The position numbers were made by a program, and so were the translations under genes. This document shows positions 7,497-16,786 of a DNA stretch of 28,015 nucleotides, in pieces; the stretch's first letter is position 1, and each line of letters opens with the position of its first letter. Origin of the DNA: a virus (taxonomy: Duplodnaviria; Caudoviricetes); IMG/VR virus record IMGVR_UViG_3300033493_000013, positions 1 through 28,015 of that record; one strand, given 5' to 3'. The notes beneath the pieces were generated by a model. That model ran no database searches and was not told the origin of the DNA. It saw only the letters and a program-made list of their open reading frames with translations.

Positions 7497-9161
7497 ATGG
7501 GACTGCGCGACTTCTTCCGCCCCCGTGAATCCGCCGCCGACCGGCAGGCCTGGCTCGATGGAACGGTGCGCGCCGTGGCCACCCAGGTGCAGGGCCGCAT
7601 GATCCAAGATATGCGCGCCGCACAGCGCAACTTCGAGGCGGCCGAGACGCCGGCCTGGACTGATTCATGGTCCACCGCCGAGGTGCACATCAACGATGCG
7701 CTGATGCGCCAGTTGCCCACCCTGTGGTCGCGCTCTGTTGGATTGGCCCGCAACAACGAATGGGCGCAGTCCTACCTGGCAGCGCTTGAGGACAACGTGC
7801 TTGGCCCGGCCGGCATCCAGCTGCAGATGCAGCTCACGCTGCCGGTGCGGAACAAGGTCGACAAGCCGGTGAAGGATGCCGAATCCAATGCGCTGCTCGA
7901 AGGCGCCTGGTCGCGGTTCTGCGAGGGCGAGGTGGATGTGTCCGGCCTGACCTGGGCAGAAGTCGAGAGTCTGGCCCTGCTCACCCTAGCCAAGCGTGGC
8001 GAATTGCTTTACCGATTGCTGCCCGGCTCCGGGCCGATGGGTTTCCAGATCCAGATGCTGGACCCGACCCTGCTCGATGTCACGCTCAACCGCACATGGC
8101 AGGGCCGCCGCATTCGCATGGGCAAAGAGATCGACGACGCCGGCAAGCCGATTGCCTACTGGCTGCAGGTTGCCCGCGCCGGCGATCTGCCCACGCAGTA
8201 CGTCTCGGTGGGCAAGCACATCCGCGTGCCGGTTGGCGAGATTCGCCACTCCTACCTGGTCGAAGAGGTGGGGCAACTTCGCGGCATTCCCTGGCTGACA
8301 GTGGGGGCACGCCGCCTGTGGTTGCTACGCGACTTCGAAGAATCCGCCGCCGTGGCCAGCAGCAATGCGGCCAAGCGGCAGGGCTTCTTCTACACGCCAA
8401 GCGGTGAGGCCCCGCCTGGCTTTGCCGACACCGTAGTATCCAGTGTGCTCGAAGCGGCCAAGGCCGCCGGCAAGGTGCTCACGCCGGACGAGGTGCAGGC
8501 CATCACCGCCGCAGCCGAAAAGTTCAACACCGTGGTGCCTGGTCAGTTCGACACCTTGCCGCACGGTACCCAGTTCCAGCCCTTCGAATCTGCCTGGCCG
8601 AACGTCGATGCCGGTACCTATGTAAAGGAACAGATCCGCGGCTGGTCAGCGGCGCGCGGGGTCAGCTACGTCACCATCGGCAACAACCTCGAGGCGGTGA
8701 ACTACAGCAGCGCTCGGGTTGGCATCCTGAACGAGCGCGAGCATTTCAAGAAGACCCAGAACCGCCTGCACAACTGGCTGCACCGCCAGGTGTTCGAGGC
8801 GGCGCTGCCTTACCTGGTCCTGCGCACGCCTGGCCTCAAGACCAGTCGGCTCGAAGAATACCGGCAGGCCGCCACCTGGCAGCCACGACGCTGGGCCGGT
8901 ATCGACCCGGTGAAAGAGGCCCAGTCCGCCGAGATCAATCTCAAGCTCAAGCTCACCAGCCGCCGCCGGCTGATCCTGGAGCGTGGCGAAGACCCGGACG
9001 ACATCGCCGCCGAAGTGGCTGCAGAGGATGCGCTCTACGGCCAGATCGAGTCCACGAACATTCCGCCCGACACGCAGGACGAACAAGACCAGCAAGGCAA
9101 ACCGCAGAGCAAAGCGCACCTGCACCTGGCCGCTTCGCGCGGCATGGATGGTGGGCAATGA
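7497..9161 (+). CDS. Portal protein, lambda family
   Basis: LARNNEWA, GQLRGIPWL, LEAVNYSSARVG, WAGIDPVKE, LTSRRRLILERGED; SD GAGG at 7485 (alternative GTG start 7491). Confidence 0.95.
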   Translation: MGLRDFFRPRESAADRQAWLDGTVRAVATQVQGRMIQDMRAAQRNFEAAETPAWTDSWSTAEVHINDALMRQLPTLWSRSVGLARNNEWAQSYLAALEDNVLGPAGIQLQMQLTLPVRNKVDKPVKDAESNALLEGAWSRFCEGEVDVSGLTWAEVESLALLTLAKRGELLYRLLPGSGPMGFQIQMLDPTLLDVTLNRTWQGRRIRMGKEIDDAGKPIAYWLQVARAGDLPTQYVSVGKHIRVPVGEIRHSYLVEEVGQLRGIPWLTVGARRLWLLRDFEESAAVASSNAAKRQGFFYTPSGEAPPGFADTVVSSVLEAAKAAGKVLTPDEVQAITAAAEKFNTVVPGQFDTLPHGTQFQPFESAWPNVDAGTYVKEQIRGWSAARGVSYVTIGNNLEAVNYSSARVGILNEREHFKKTQNRLHNWLHRQVFEAALPYLVLRTPGLKTSRLEEYRQAATWQPRRWAGIDPVKEAQSAEINLKLKLTSRRRLILERGEDPDDIAAEVAAEDALYGQIESTNIPPDTQDEQDQQGKPQSKAHLHLAASRGMDGGQ

Positions 9162-9164
9162 GGG

Positions 9165-9216
9165 GGGTGGAATTTCTTGCCTACACATTGCCCAGCCCGT
9201 TTTGGAGACTAAGCCC
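9165..9216 (+). promoter_or_regulatory. Putative activator-dependent late promoter 2
   Basis: AATTTCTTGCCTACACATTGCCC, then GAGACT (9205-9210), 6 nt, ATG; same spacing as the 6872 copy. Confidence 0.6.
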
Positions 9217-11337
9217 ATGACCGAGACCGCCACCACTACCGAAACCAAGCGCCAGCGCATCGACGGCGTGCTGCACCGCAGCCTGCCGGCCACGCTGACC
9301 ATCCGCGCGGCCGATCCCGATCAGGCCGACGAACAGGGCGAAGATGGCCTGCTGCGCTTGCACCTTTCCGTGTCAAGCGAAGAGCCCTATCTGCGCACCG
9401 CCTACTGGGATGATCCATGGGTCGAGGTGCTGGGCCACAAGGATGGCGAGGTCGACCTCTCCCGCCTGAATGGCGGCGCACCCGTGCTGGCCAACCATGA
9501 TCGCTACAAGGCCACCGGCAATACGCCGCTGGCCGGTATCGGCGCCATCGATCTGGGCAGCGCCGCTCTGAAAAACGGCCAACTGGAATGCGACATCACT
9601 ATCAGCCGCCGCGAGGCCCTGGCTGATCTGCGGCAGGACATCGCCGACGGACTGGTGCGCAACGTCTCCATCGGCTACCAGATCAACGAGCGCACGCTGA
9701 TCAAGGCCAACAAGGACGGCAACCCGGACGAATACCGCGTCACGTCCTGGACGCCATTTGAGATTTCCCTGGTGGACATTCCGGCCGACGCTACTGTCGG
9801 CCTGGGCCGCCAGGCCGATGACAACCACCCGCAATACCGCGTGGTGGACCTTCCCCCAGCCGGCCGTGCCGGTATTTATGCACAGGAGCAAACCATGCCC
9901 GAAGCCATTACCCCGGCGGCCGAAGCAACCACCGCCCACCGTTCTGCCGACATTGCTGTCGGCGCCGACCCCTTGGCCGCCGAGCGCGAGCGCGCCAAAG
10001 AGATCACCGCGATGGGCCGCACTCACGGCATGCGCGAACTGGCCGATCGCGCCATCGAGTCCGGTATCGCTGTGGACGCCTTCCGCGCCCAGGTGCTGGA
10101 CAGTCTGCAAGAGCGCGGCGTGCTGCGCCCGGCCGAGTCGCCCGAGATCGGCCTGAGCAAGAAAGAGGTCGAGCAGTTCAGCTTTTGCCGCGCTCTGCTG
10201 GCCGCTGCCGATCCGCTCAACGCGCAGAAGATTGCGCCGTTCGAGGTCGAGTGCTCGCGCGCCGCGCAGGACAAGCGCGGCGAATCGCGCGGCAAAGAGC
10301 GCGAGACGGCCATCACCTTGCCGCTGGATGTGTTGTCGCGCGGCATGAGCCTGAACGAATCCATGGCCCGCGCCGTGGCCACCCAGCTCATCCAGCGTGC
10401 CATGCAGCGCGGCGGCGAAGGCATGCATGCCTATCGCGACTTAGTGGTCGGCACCGCTGGCGCCGGCGGCAACCTGGTGGCCACCGAGCTGCTGGGTTCC
10501 AGCTTCATCGACCTGCTGCGTAATGCCATGGTGCTGGACCAGTTGGGCGTGACCTGGCTGCGCGACCTGAACGGCAACATCGCCATTCCCAGCCAGACCG
10601 GCGGTGCCACCGCCTACTGGCTGGCCGAGAGCGGTGCGCCCACCGAAAGCCAGCAGACCATCGGCCAGGTAACGCTCACGCCCAAGACCGTGGGCGCCTT
10701 CACCGACTACAGCCGCCGCCTGCTGCTGCAAAGCTCCATCGATGTCGAGATGTTCGTTCGCGCCGATCTGGCCGCCATCATCGGCCAGGCTATGCAGTCT
10801 GGCGCCCTGGTCGGCGGCGGCACCAACGAGCCGACCGGCCTGCTCAACACCAGCGGCATCGGCTCGGTGGCCGGCGGCGCCAACGGCGCTGCGCCCACCT
10901 ACGATCACATGGTCGATCTGGAAAGCGCCGTGGCCAACGCCAACGCCGACATGGGCCGCTTGGCTTACCTAACCAACACTAAAGTGCGCGGCAAGCTGCG
11001 GAAGACCCAGGAGTTCGCCAGCACCAACGGCAAGCCGGTGTGGACCAGCGCCGCCGGCCGCGCCGGCGTGGGCGAGGTGCTGGGTTATGACGCGTTCACC
11101 ACCAACGCTGTGCCGAGCAATCTGGACAAGGGCACCAGCACCGGCGTCTGTTCGGCCATTGCCTACGGCAACTGGGCCGACATGCTGATCGGCATGTGGG
11201 GTGGCCTGGACATCATGCTTGATCCGTATGCCGGTGCCACCAGCGGCACCAAGCGCGTCATCGCCTTGCAAGACGTCGACGTCGCTCTGCGTCGCGTGGC
11301 CAGCTTCGCCGCCATGAAAGACACGCTGACCGCTTAA
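9217..11337 (+). CDS. Prohead protease (HK97-type) - major capsid protein fusion
   Basis: Protease motifs LSVSSEEP, EVLGH, PVLANH, NVSIGY, EISLVDIPAD; HK97-fold capsid motifs AGGNLVATE, AYWLAES, TLTPKTVGA, SRRLLLQS, GNWADM; no stop between them. Confidence 0.92.
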   Translation: MTETATTTETKRQRIDGVLHRSLPATLTIRAADPDQADEQGEDGLLRLHLSVSSEEPYLRTAYWDDPWVEVLGHKDGEVDLSRLNGGAPVLANHDRYKATGNTPLAGIGAIDLGSAALKNGQLECDITISRREALADLRQDIADGLVRNVSIGYQINERTLIKANKDGNPDEYRVTSWTPFEISLVDIPADATVGLGRQADDNHPQYRVVDLPPAGRAGIYAQEQTMPEAITPAAEATTAHRSADIAVGADPLAAERERAKEITAMGRTHGMRELADRAIESGIAVDAFRAQVLDSLQERGVLRPAESPEIGLSKKEVEQFSFCRALLAAADPLNAQKIAPFEVECSRAAQDKRGESRGKERETAITLPLDVLSRGMSLNESMARAVATQLIQRAMQRGGEGMHAYRDLVVGTAGAGGNLVATELLGSSFIDLLRNAMVLDQLGVTWLRDLNGNIAIPSQTGGATAYWLAESGAPTESQQTIGQVTLTPKTVGAFTDYSRRLLLQSSIDVEMFVRADLAAIIGQAMQSGALVGGGTNEPTGLLNTSGIGSVAGGANGAAPTYDHMVDLESAVANANADMGRLAYLTNTKVRGKLRKTQEFASTNGKPVWTSAAGRAGVGEVLGYDAFTTNAVPSNLDKGTSTGVCSAIAYGNWADMLIGMWGGLDIMLDPYAGATSGTKRVIALQDVDVALRRVASFAAMKDTLTA

Positions 11338-11359
11338 CCCTAACCGAAGCCCGAAGTAG

Positions 11360-11381
11360 CCCCGCCCGATAACGGGCGGGG
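11360..11381 (+). other. Strong stem-loop after the capsid gene (no U-tract)
   Basis: CCCCGCCCG-ATAA-CGGGCGGGG. Confidence 0.6.
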
Positions 11382-11412
11382 TGGGTGACACCAAGACAAC
11401 CTGGAGCCAACC

Positions 11413-11667
11413 ATGCCCAAACTGCTCATCATCGATTCCACCCTCGTCAACTACGGCGACGACCGCGGCGGCGTGCATGCCGAAACCGGCGAGATCGCCA
11501 CCGATGTGCCCAAGGAAACCTGCCGCGTGCTGGTCGCCGCAGGCCGCGCGCTCTACGTGGCCAAGGCCGACGACCCCGACAAGAACGGCCGCAATACGGC
11601 CAGCGCCGAAATGCTCAAGGCCGCCGAAGAAATGGCCAAGGCCAAGGCCACCAAGAAGCAGGGCTGA
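11413..11667 (+). CDS. Hypothetical head-associated protein
   Basis: SD GGAG at ~11403; codon usage matches neighbours; directly follows the capsid gene. Confidence 0.8.
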   Translation: MPKLLIIDSTLVNYGDDRGGVHAETGEIATDVPKETCRVLVAAGRALYVAKADDPDKNGRNTASAEMLKAAEEMAKAKATKKQG

Positions 11668-11674
11668 GCACGCC

Positions 11675-11974
11675 ATGGACTTCGCCGCCGACCTGGGCCT
11701 GTTCTACGACGAGTTCGCCGTTGCCGCCACCCACACGCCGAACGGGGGCGGGGCGGTGACGACGGGCAAAGTCATTCTGGACGAGCCTGGGCAGGTGGTG
11801 TTTGGCGGCGAGATCGTCGCCACCGAGTTCAGTCTGCGTTATCCGGCCGCGACCTTTTTGAGCGTGAAGCGTGGCGACGCCTTCGCCATCGGCAGCCGCA
11901 ACTTCACCGCGCGCGAGGATGCCCAGCCAACGCTGGACGGCCTCGAGCGCATGGTGCCACTGGCGAGGGCCTGA
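11675..11974 (+). CDS. Head-tail connector / head closure protein (gpFII-like)
   Basis: MDFAADLGLFYDEFAV...VILDEP...VKRGDAFAIG..F pattern; position in neck cluster. Confidence 0.75.
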   Translation: MDFAADLGLFYDEFAVAATHTPNGGGAVTTGKVILDEPGQVVFGGEIVATEFSLRYPAATFLSVKRGDAFAIGSRNFTAREDAQPTLDGLERMVPLARA

Positions 11975-11977
11975 CCC

Positions 11978-12415
11978 ATGGCCGCCAGCGTCGCCGAGCA
12001 GATTCTCGCCCAGGTGCAGGCCGTGTTGGCCGGTGCCTCGACAGTGGCCGGAACCCATGTCTATCGCGAGCTGGACGACGCGCTGGGTGAGGGCGTGAGC
12101 CATGCCATCAACATCAAGCGCGAAGATACCGACGGCGAGCCGAGCGGCGACAGCGGCCAGATCGAGACCGTGATTTGGGCGGTCGAGCACCATGCCAGCG
12201 GCACCAACCCGGCCACTCTGGCCGATGCGCTGCACATGCAGGCGCATGCGGCCCTGTGGGCCGATGCCACCCTGGCGACGATTGGCCGGGGCCTGCGCTG
12301 CACCGGCACCGAATGCGAGACCGAAACCAAAGACCGCGCCATGGCCAAGCTGACGGCGCATTACCGAATGAAAGTTTTTGTCCGGCCGGGCGATCTGACC
12401 CGAGCCATCACTTAA
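11978..12415 (+). CDS. Tail terminator (gpU-like)
   Basis: SVAEQILAQVQAVL...VYRE...ADALHMQAHAALWADATL; directly before major tail gene. Confidence 0.7.
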   Translation: MAASVAEQILAQVQAVLAGASTVAGTHVYRELDDALGEGVSHAINIKREDTDGEPSGDSGQIETVIWAVEHHASGTNPATLADALHMQAHAALWADATLATIGRGLRCTGTECETETKDRAMAKLTAHYRMKVFVRPGDLTRAIT

Positions 12416-12425
12416 GGAGCTCATC

Positions 12426-13184
12426 ATGATCAACTTCGGTTCCGGCAAGATCATCGCCGTTCCCACCAACCTGGCGGACGGCACCGCCATCGCCAACCCC
12501 ACGCCTGTCATCCTCGGCACCATGCAGGAGGTGTCGCTCGATCTGAGTGTCGAGACCAAGTCGCTCTATGGGTCAAAGCGCTACCCGATCGCGGTTGGCC
12601 AGGGCAAGGGCAAGACCGAGATCAAGGCCAAGTACGCCGAGATCGACGGCGGCATCCTGGGCAGCCTGTTTTTCGGCAAGGCCAGCACCGCCGGCATCAA
12701 GGCCGCCGTATTCGACAGCGCGGCCACCATTCCGGCTACGCCCGGCCCTTACACCCTGACCATTTCGCCGCCCAGCAGCGGCACCTTCGTTTCCGACCTC
12801 GGCGTGTTCGACGCCACCACCGGAACGCAGTTCACCCGCGTGGCCTCGGCGCCCGCCACGGGCCAGTACAGTGTGACCAGCGGCGGCGTGTATACCTTCG
12901 CATCGACCGACCAGGGCAAGGCGGTCAAGATCAGCTACGAGTACAGCGCCGCCAGCGGCGGCCAGGTCTGGACCATGACCAACGAGGTTATGGGTTACAC
13001 GCCCAGCTTCACCCTGTTGCTGCAGAACAGCTTCGACGGCAAGAACATGGTTTGCAAGCTCAACCGGGCCGTGTCCGGCAAACTATCGCTGCCGTTCAAG
13101 TCTGACGACTTCGGCGTCTACGATTTCGAGGCAGAAGCATTCGCGGATGCCGCCGGCAACCTCGGCTACATCTGCATGTTCTGA
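12426..13184 (+). CDS. Major tail tube protein
   Basis: SD AAGGAG; FGSG...LGTMQEVSLD..VETKSLYG..YPIAVGQGK...KSDDF..YDFEAEAFAD. Confidence 0.85.
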   Translation: MINFGSGKIIAVPTNLADGTAIANPTPVILGTMQEVSLDLSVETKSLYGSKRYPIAVGQGKGKTEIKAKYAEIDGGILGSLFFGKASTAGIKAAVFDSAATIPATPGPYTLTISPPSSGTFVSDLGVFDATTGTQFTRVASAPATGQYSVTSGGVYTFASTDQGKAVKISYEYSAASGGQVWTMTNEVMGYTPSFTLLLQNSFDGKNMVCKLNRAVSGKLSLPFKSDDFGVYDFEAEAFADAAGNLGYICMF

Positions 13185-13672
13185 TGGGCGCCCTGGTCAT
13201 TCACCCATTGGCCGGGGCCGGGCACCTGACACGGCTTGTCGCCGCCATGCGCGGTTTTGTCTCGCGCCGCCTCATTCCGCGCTTGCCTGGCGTCGAGGTG
13301 GTGGTACTCGCCGGCCATGTGCGGCCGGTGCGGGCCGTGCCGCTGGGTGTGGCGCGCGAGATGGTTCCGGCGATCGTGCGCTGCTCACGGGCCTTCGCCC
13401 AGCTAGAGATCGGCGAGGCGCTTTACGACGACTTGATCAAGGTGGTATCGCTCGGCCTGGGTATGCCGCTTCGCCAGGTGGAGAACCTGGCCGTCTCGCT
13501 GTGGGACCTGGCGCCGGTGCTTGACCGTATCGCCAGGGTGAACGGACTGCCGGTGGTGGAGGCTGGCGGGCCCGACCTGGGAAAGCTGCTGGCGACTTTG
13601 ACTGGGACGAGCTCTACGCCTGGATCGTCAGCGCAACCGGCTGGACCTGGGGGTACGTCGACCAATGCGTGA
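13184..13672 (+). CDS. Tail assembly chaperone (gpG-like)
   Basis: Between tail tube and tape measure genes; contains G GGA AAG slippery site at 13579-13585. Confidence 0.8.
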   Translation: MGALVIHPLAGAGHLTRLVAAMRGFVSRRLIPRLPGVEVVVLAGHVRPVRAVPLGVAREMVPAIVRCSRAFAQLEIGEALYDDLIKVVSLGLGMPLRQVENLAVSLWDLAPVLDRIARVNGLPVVEAGGPDLGKLLATLTGTSSTPGSSAQPAGPGGTSTNA

Positions 13673-13896
13673 CGCTGCCGCAGGCCAACGCGCTCGGCCG
13701 ATTCTGGCAGTCGGTGCCGCCGGCCGGCGTGCAGCTCAAGCGCATCGCCCTGGCTCTCGGCATACCGGAAACCCGGCCCGCCGTGCAGACGTCTGCACGG
13801 TCGCCGGAAGAGGCCGTGCGCGAGGCTCTGGCCGCCGGCATTCCGGTGATGGAAGGGCGGCCCGATGATCCGCTGCTCGATTTTCTGGACGTGTGA
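13579..13896 (+). CDS. gpT-like segment of the G-T chaperone, reached by -1 frameshift
   Basis: -1 frame from GGGAAAG reads GKAAGDFDWDELYAWIVSATGWTWGYVDQCVTLPQ...FWQSVPP, continuous with ORF 13669-13896. Confidence 0.8.
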   Translation, partial: GKAAGDFDWDELYAWIVSATGWTWGYVDQCVTLPQANALGRFWQSVPPAGVQLKRIALALGIPETRPAVQTSARSPEEAVREALAAGIPVMEGRPDDPLLDFLDV

Positions 13897-13898
13897 GC

Positions 13899-16202
13899 AT
13901 GGCTGACGAAAAGGCTCGAATAGTCGTCGATGGCGATGTCTCGCCCCTGCGGCAGAAGCTGCGCGAGGCGGCGCGCGACATCAAGCAGTTCGGCGACGAG
14001 GGCCGTGCATCGATTGAGAATATCGGCGGCCCGCTCAAGATGTTGCAGGAAAAGTTCCTGGCCATCGGCGCCCTATTGGCTGGCGGCGCCGTTTTTCGGC
14101 AAGCGGTCGAGCAGGCAGCCAACTTCACCGAAGAATCGATCAAGCTGGGCAATGCCCTGGGCACCTCGGCCACCGAGGCCAGCACCTTCATTTCCACCTT
14201 GGCTGACATCGATGTCAGCCAGCAGGAATTCGTCACGGCCACCAAGGCCCTGTCGAAAGAGATCAAGAACAACGAAGACGGCCTACAGGCCATGGGCCTC
14301 AAGACCCGCGACGCCGCCGGGCACTTGCGCCCGTTGAACCAGCTTGTGGTCGAGGCCGTCGATGTGCTGAACGGCTACAAGGCCGGCACCGACCGGGCCA
14401 TCGCCGGCCAGATGCTGTTCGGCAAGGGGTTCGACATCACCAGCAACCTGACCAAGCTGAACAGCGAGGCGCTGAAAGAAAACGAAGAACTGCAGCGCCG
14501 TCTCGGCATCCTTGTTGGCACGGAGAACGTCGAGGCATGGAAGGCTTACGACCAGGCCTCCGACCAATCCAATCTGACCCTGAAGGCCATGTGGGTCACC
14601 ATCGGCAACGCGCTGATGCCGGTGCTAACCAAGCTGTCGGACTGGTTTGTCGCGGTCGGACCTTATGCCATCACCACGATCAAGGGCGCCATCGGCGGGC
14701 TGATCGCCGCCTTCTGGGCGCTCAAGAACGGCGTGGTCGTAGTGTGGGAGACAATCAATGCCATGGTGGTCACCGTGGCCGAACCGCTGCGGGCGCTGGC
14801 TGCCTCGCTGTGGAAGTTGACGCAGGGCGACTTCAAGGGGGCATGGGGCGAATTCGGCGCCGCCGGCCAGACCATGGCCAATGCCTGGAAGGGCGCGCTC
14901 AAGGAAATGGAGACTTCCAGCCGTGAAACGCGCGACAGAATCTTGAGCCTGTTCACCAACGGTACCCAGGAGACCGTAGGCGGCAAGGGAGGGAAGAGTG
15001 CCGCCGGACTGGTCAACGAAGGCAAGGACAAAAAGAAAACCGGCAAGCAGTACACCGATAGCGAATGGGCGCTCGAAGAACAGGCCTGGAACGCCGACCG
15101 CGAGCGGCAGTTCAACGATCTTCGCGCGGAGTATCACGAGGCGGCCAATCGTGCCATCGAGGCGGCCGATCGCAAGCTGCTAAAAGAATTGGACGATATC
15201 CACGCGATGAGGCTGGATGGTTCGCGCAATGCTGAGTTGGAGCGCATCGATGCGCTCGAGGCGGCGGCCCGGCACGAAGCCGAAATGGGTGCCGTGACCC
15301 AGCGGGATCTGCTGGCCAGACTGGCCCAGTTCAACGACATGCGTCTGGCCGAGGAGGAGCGCTACATCGCCGCCAAGCGCGAAGTGGCGATGGAAGACCC
15401 CGATCAGAACGCCGTCGCCCTCGAACGTCTGGAGCAGGAGAAGCTGGAGATACGCCGCCGCTATGGCGCCCAGGCGGCCGATATTCAGCACCAAGCCGCG
15501 CTTGAGTCGCAAAGCATCTGGCGCAGCCTGGGCGACAGCATGACCGGCCTGTGGGACAAGGGCGTCAACGCCATGATGAACGGCACCCTGACCTGGCGCA
15601 ACGCCTTGCGCGCAATCGGGGCGGAGATGGTGCAGTGGTTCGGGGTCGAGGTGGTTGGCAATCAAGTCAAGACCTGGCTGGCCGGGCAGGCCAAGATGCT
15701 GGCGATCAAGATGGGTTTCATTGCGCAGGAGAACACGGCACAGGCTGCCGGCAGCGCCGTTACCGTGGCAACCAAGATCGAGGAGGCGGGCGCCGTCACT
15801 GCGGCCAACGCCGTTGAGGCCGGCACCGGCGCCGCCGCTTCTCAGGCCAGCATCCCAATCGTCGGCCCGGTCTTGGCGCTTGCCGCCATGGCCGCCATCT
15901 TCGCCGCCGTGTCTGGCATGGGCAAGAAGGTCAAGTCGGCCTCGGCTGGCTTCGATATTCCCAAGGGGCTCAATCCCATGACCCAGCTGCACGAGGAGGA
16001 GATGGTGCTGCCGGCCAAGTATGCGAACGTGATTCGTGGGCTCGGGAGCGGCGATGCCGGCGTCGCCGAGGCGGACCGGCCTGCGCCAACCGTCAGCGTC
16101 AGTATCACGGCCATGGATAGTCGCGATGTGCATCGCGCCTTGGTGCGCGATGGCGCGCTGTCTAAGGCCCTCAAAACGCTCGGCAGGAACTACGCCCAAT
16201 GA
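13899..16202 (+). CDS. Tail tape measure protein
   Basis: Long Ala-rich helical protein after the G/T chaperones; C-terminal SASAGFDIP...LHEEEMVLPA motif. Confidence 0.9.
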   Translation: MADEKARIVVDGDVSPLRQKLREAARDIKQFGDEGRASIENIGGPLKMLQEKFLAIGALLAGGAVFRQAVEQAANFTEESIKLGNALGTSATEASTFISTLADIDVSQQEFVTATKALSKEIKNNEDGLQAMGLKTRDAAGHLRPLNQLVVEAVDVLNGYKAGTDRAIAGQMLFGKGFDITSNLTKLNSEALKENEELQRRLGILVGTENVEAWKAYDQASDQSNLTLKAMWVTIGNALMPVLTKLSDWFVAVGPYAITTIKGAIGGLIAAFWALKNGVVVVWETINAMVVTVAEPLRALAASLWKLTQGDFKGAWGEFGAAGQTMANAWKGALKEMETSSRETRDRILSLFTNGTQETVGGKGGKSAAGLVNEGKDKKKTGKQYTDSEWALEEQAWNADRERQFNDLRAEYHEAANRAIEAADRKLLKELDDIHAMRLDGSRNAELERIDALEAAARHEAEMGAVTQRDLLARLAQFNDMRLAEEERYIAAKREVAMEDPDQNAVALERLEQEKLEIRRRYGAQAADIQHQAALESQSIWRSLGDSMTGLWDKGVNAMMNGTLTWRNALRAIGAEMVQWFGVEVVGNQVKTWLAGQAKMLAIKMGFIAQENTAQAAGSAVTVATKIEEAGAVTAANAVEAGTGAAASQASIPIVGPVLALAAMAAIFAAVSGMGKKVKSASAGFDIPKGLNPMTQLHEEEMVLPAKYANVIRGLGSGDAGVAEADRPAPTVSVSITAMDSRDVHRALVRDGALSKALKTLGRNYAQ

Positions 16203-16786
16203 GCCTGCCAATCTTCCCCGATCTGCCTGGCATCTCGATCAGCGTCGTCAAAACACCGGCATGGAGCACGCTGGTGCAAAAATCTGTCTCCGGCAAAGAG
16301 GTGCGCGGCGCGCTATACAGCTACCCGGTCTGGCAATTCGGGCTGTCTTACGAGGTGCTGCGCGCCGATGCGCTGGCTGAGCTGCAAACGCTGGTAGGTT
16401 TTTTCAACGCGCGGCAGGGCGCATTCGCGCCGTTCCTGTTTGATGACTCGACCGACAACACGGTAACCGACCAGGTGTTCGGTTATGGCGATGGGGTGCA
16501 AACCAAGTTCCAGCTCGCGCGGCAGATCACCGGGCTGGAAAACATCGAGCCGATCTTCGCCGTCAATGGCGTCCCCATTATCAAAATCAATGGCACCACG
16601 GCCGGTGGCTGGACCGAAACGAATGGGCTGGTCGAATTCGTCAGCCCGCCAGCTAGCGCGACTACGCTGACCTGGACTGGCAAGTTCTACTACCGCGTAC
16701 GGTTCAAGGAAGACACCGCCGACTTCGAGAACTTCCTGTATCGGCTATGGCGTCTTAAACGGCTCGACCTGGTGAGCGTGAAATGA
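16199..16786 (+). CDS. Distal tail protein (DUF2460/GTA-type)
   Basis: P.WST.VQKSVSGKEVR...FFNARQGAFAPFLFDD..D, GDGVQTKFQL, FYYRVRF. Confidence 0.85.
   Translation: MSLPIFPDLPGISISVVKTPAWSTLVQKSVSGKEVRGALYSYPVWQFGLSYEVLRADALAELQTLVGFFNARQGAFAPFLFDDSTDNTVTDQVFGYGDGVQTKFQLARQITGLENIEPIFAVNGVPIIKINGTTAGGWTETNGLVEFVSPPASATTLTWTGKFYYRVRFKEDTADFENFLYRLWRLKRLDLVSVK

Noticed and set aside
8983-9216. N-terminal extension of the 784-aa capsid ORF
   Set aside because: Overlaps the portal 3' end and the conserved promoter motif; ATG 9217 fits better.
11360-11390. Intrinsic terminator after the capsid gene
   Set aside because: Strong stem but no U-tract on either strand; more likely an mRNA-stabilising or pause hairpin.
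3529-16211. Long minus-strand ORFs (3529-4545, 5794-6771, 9373-10428, 11615-12559, 15180-16211)
   Set aside because: Antisense shadows of well-supported GC-rich + strand genes; no motifs or RBS.
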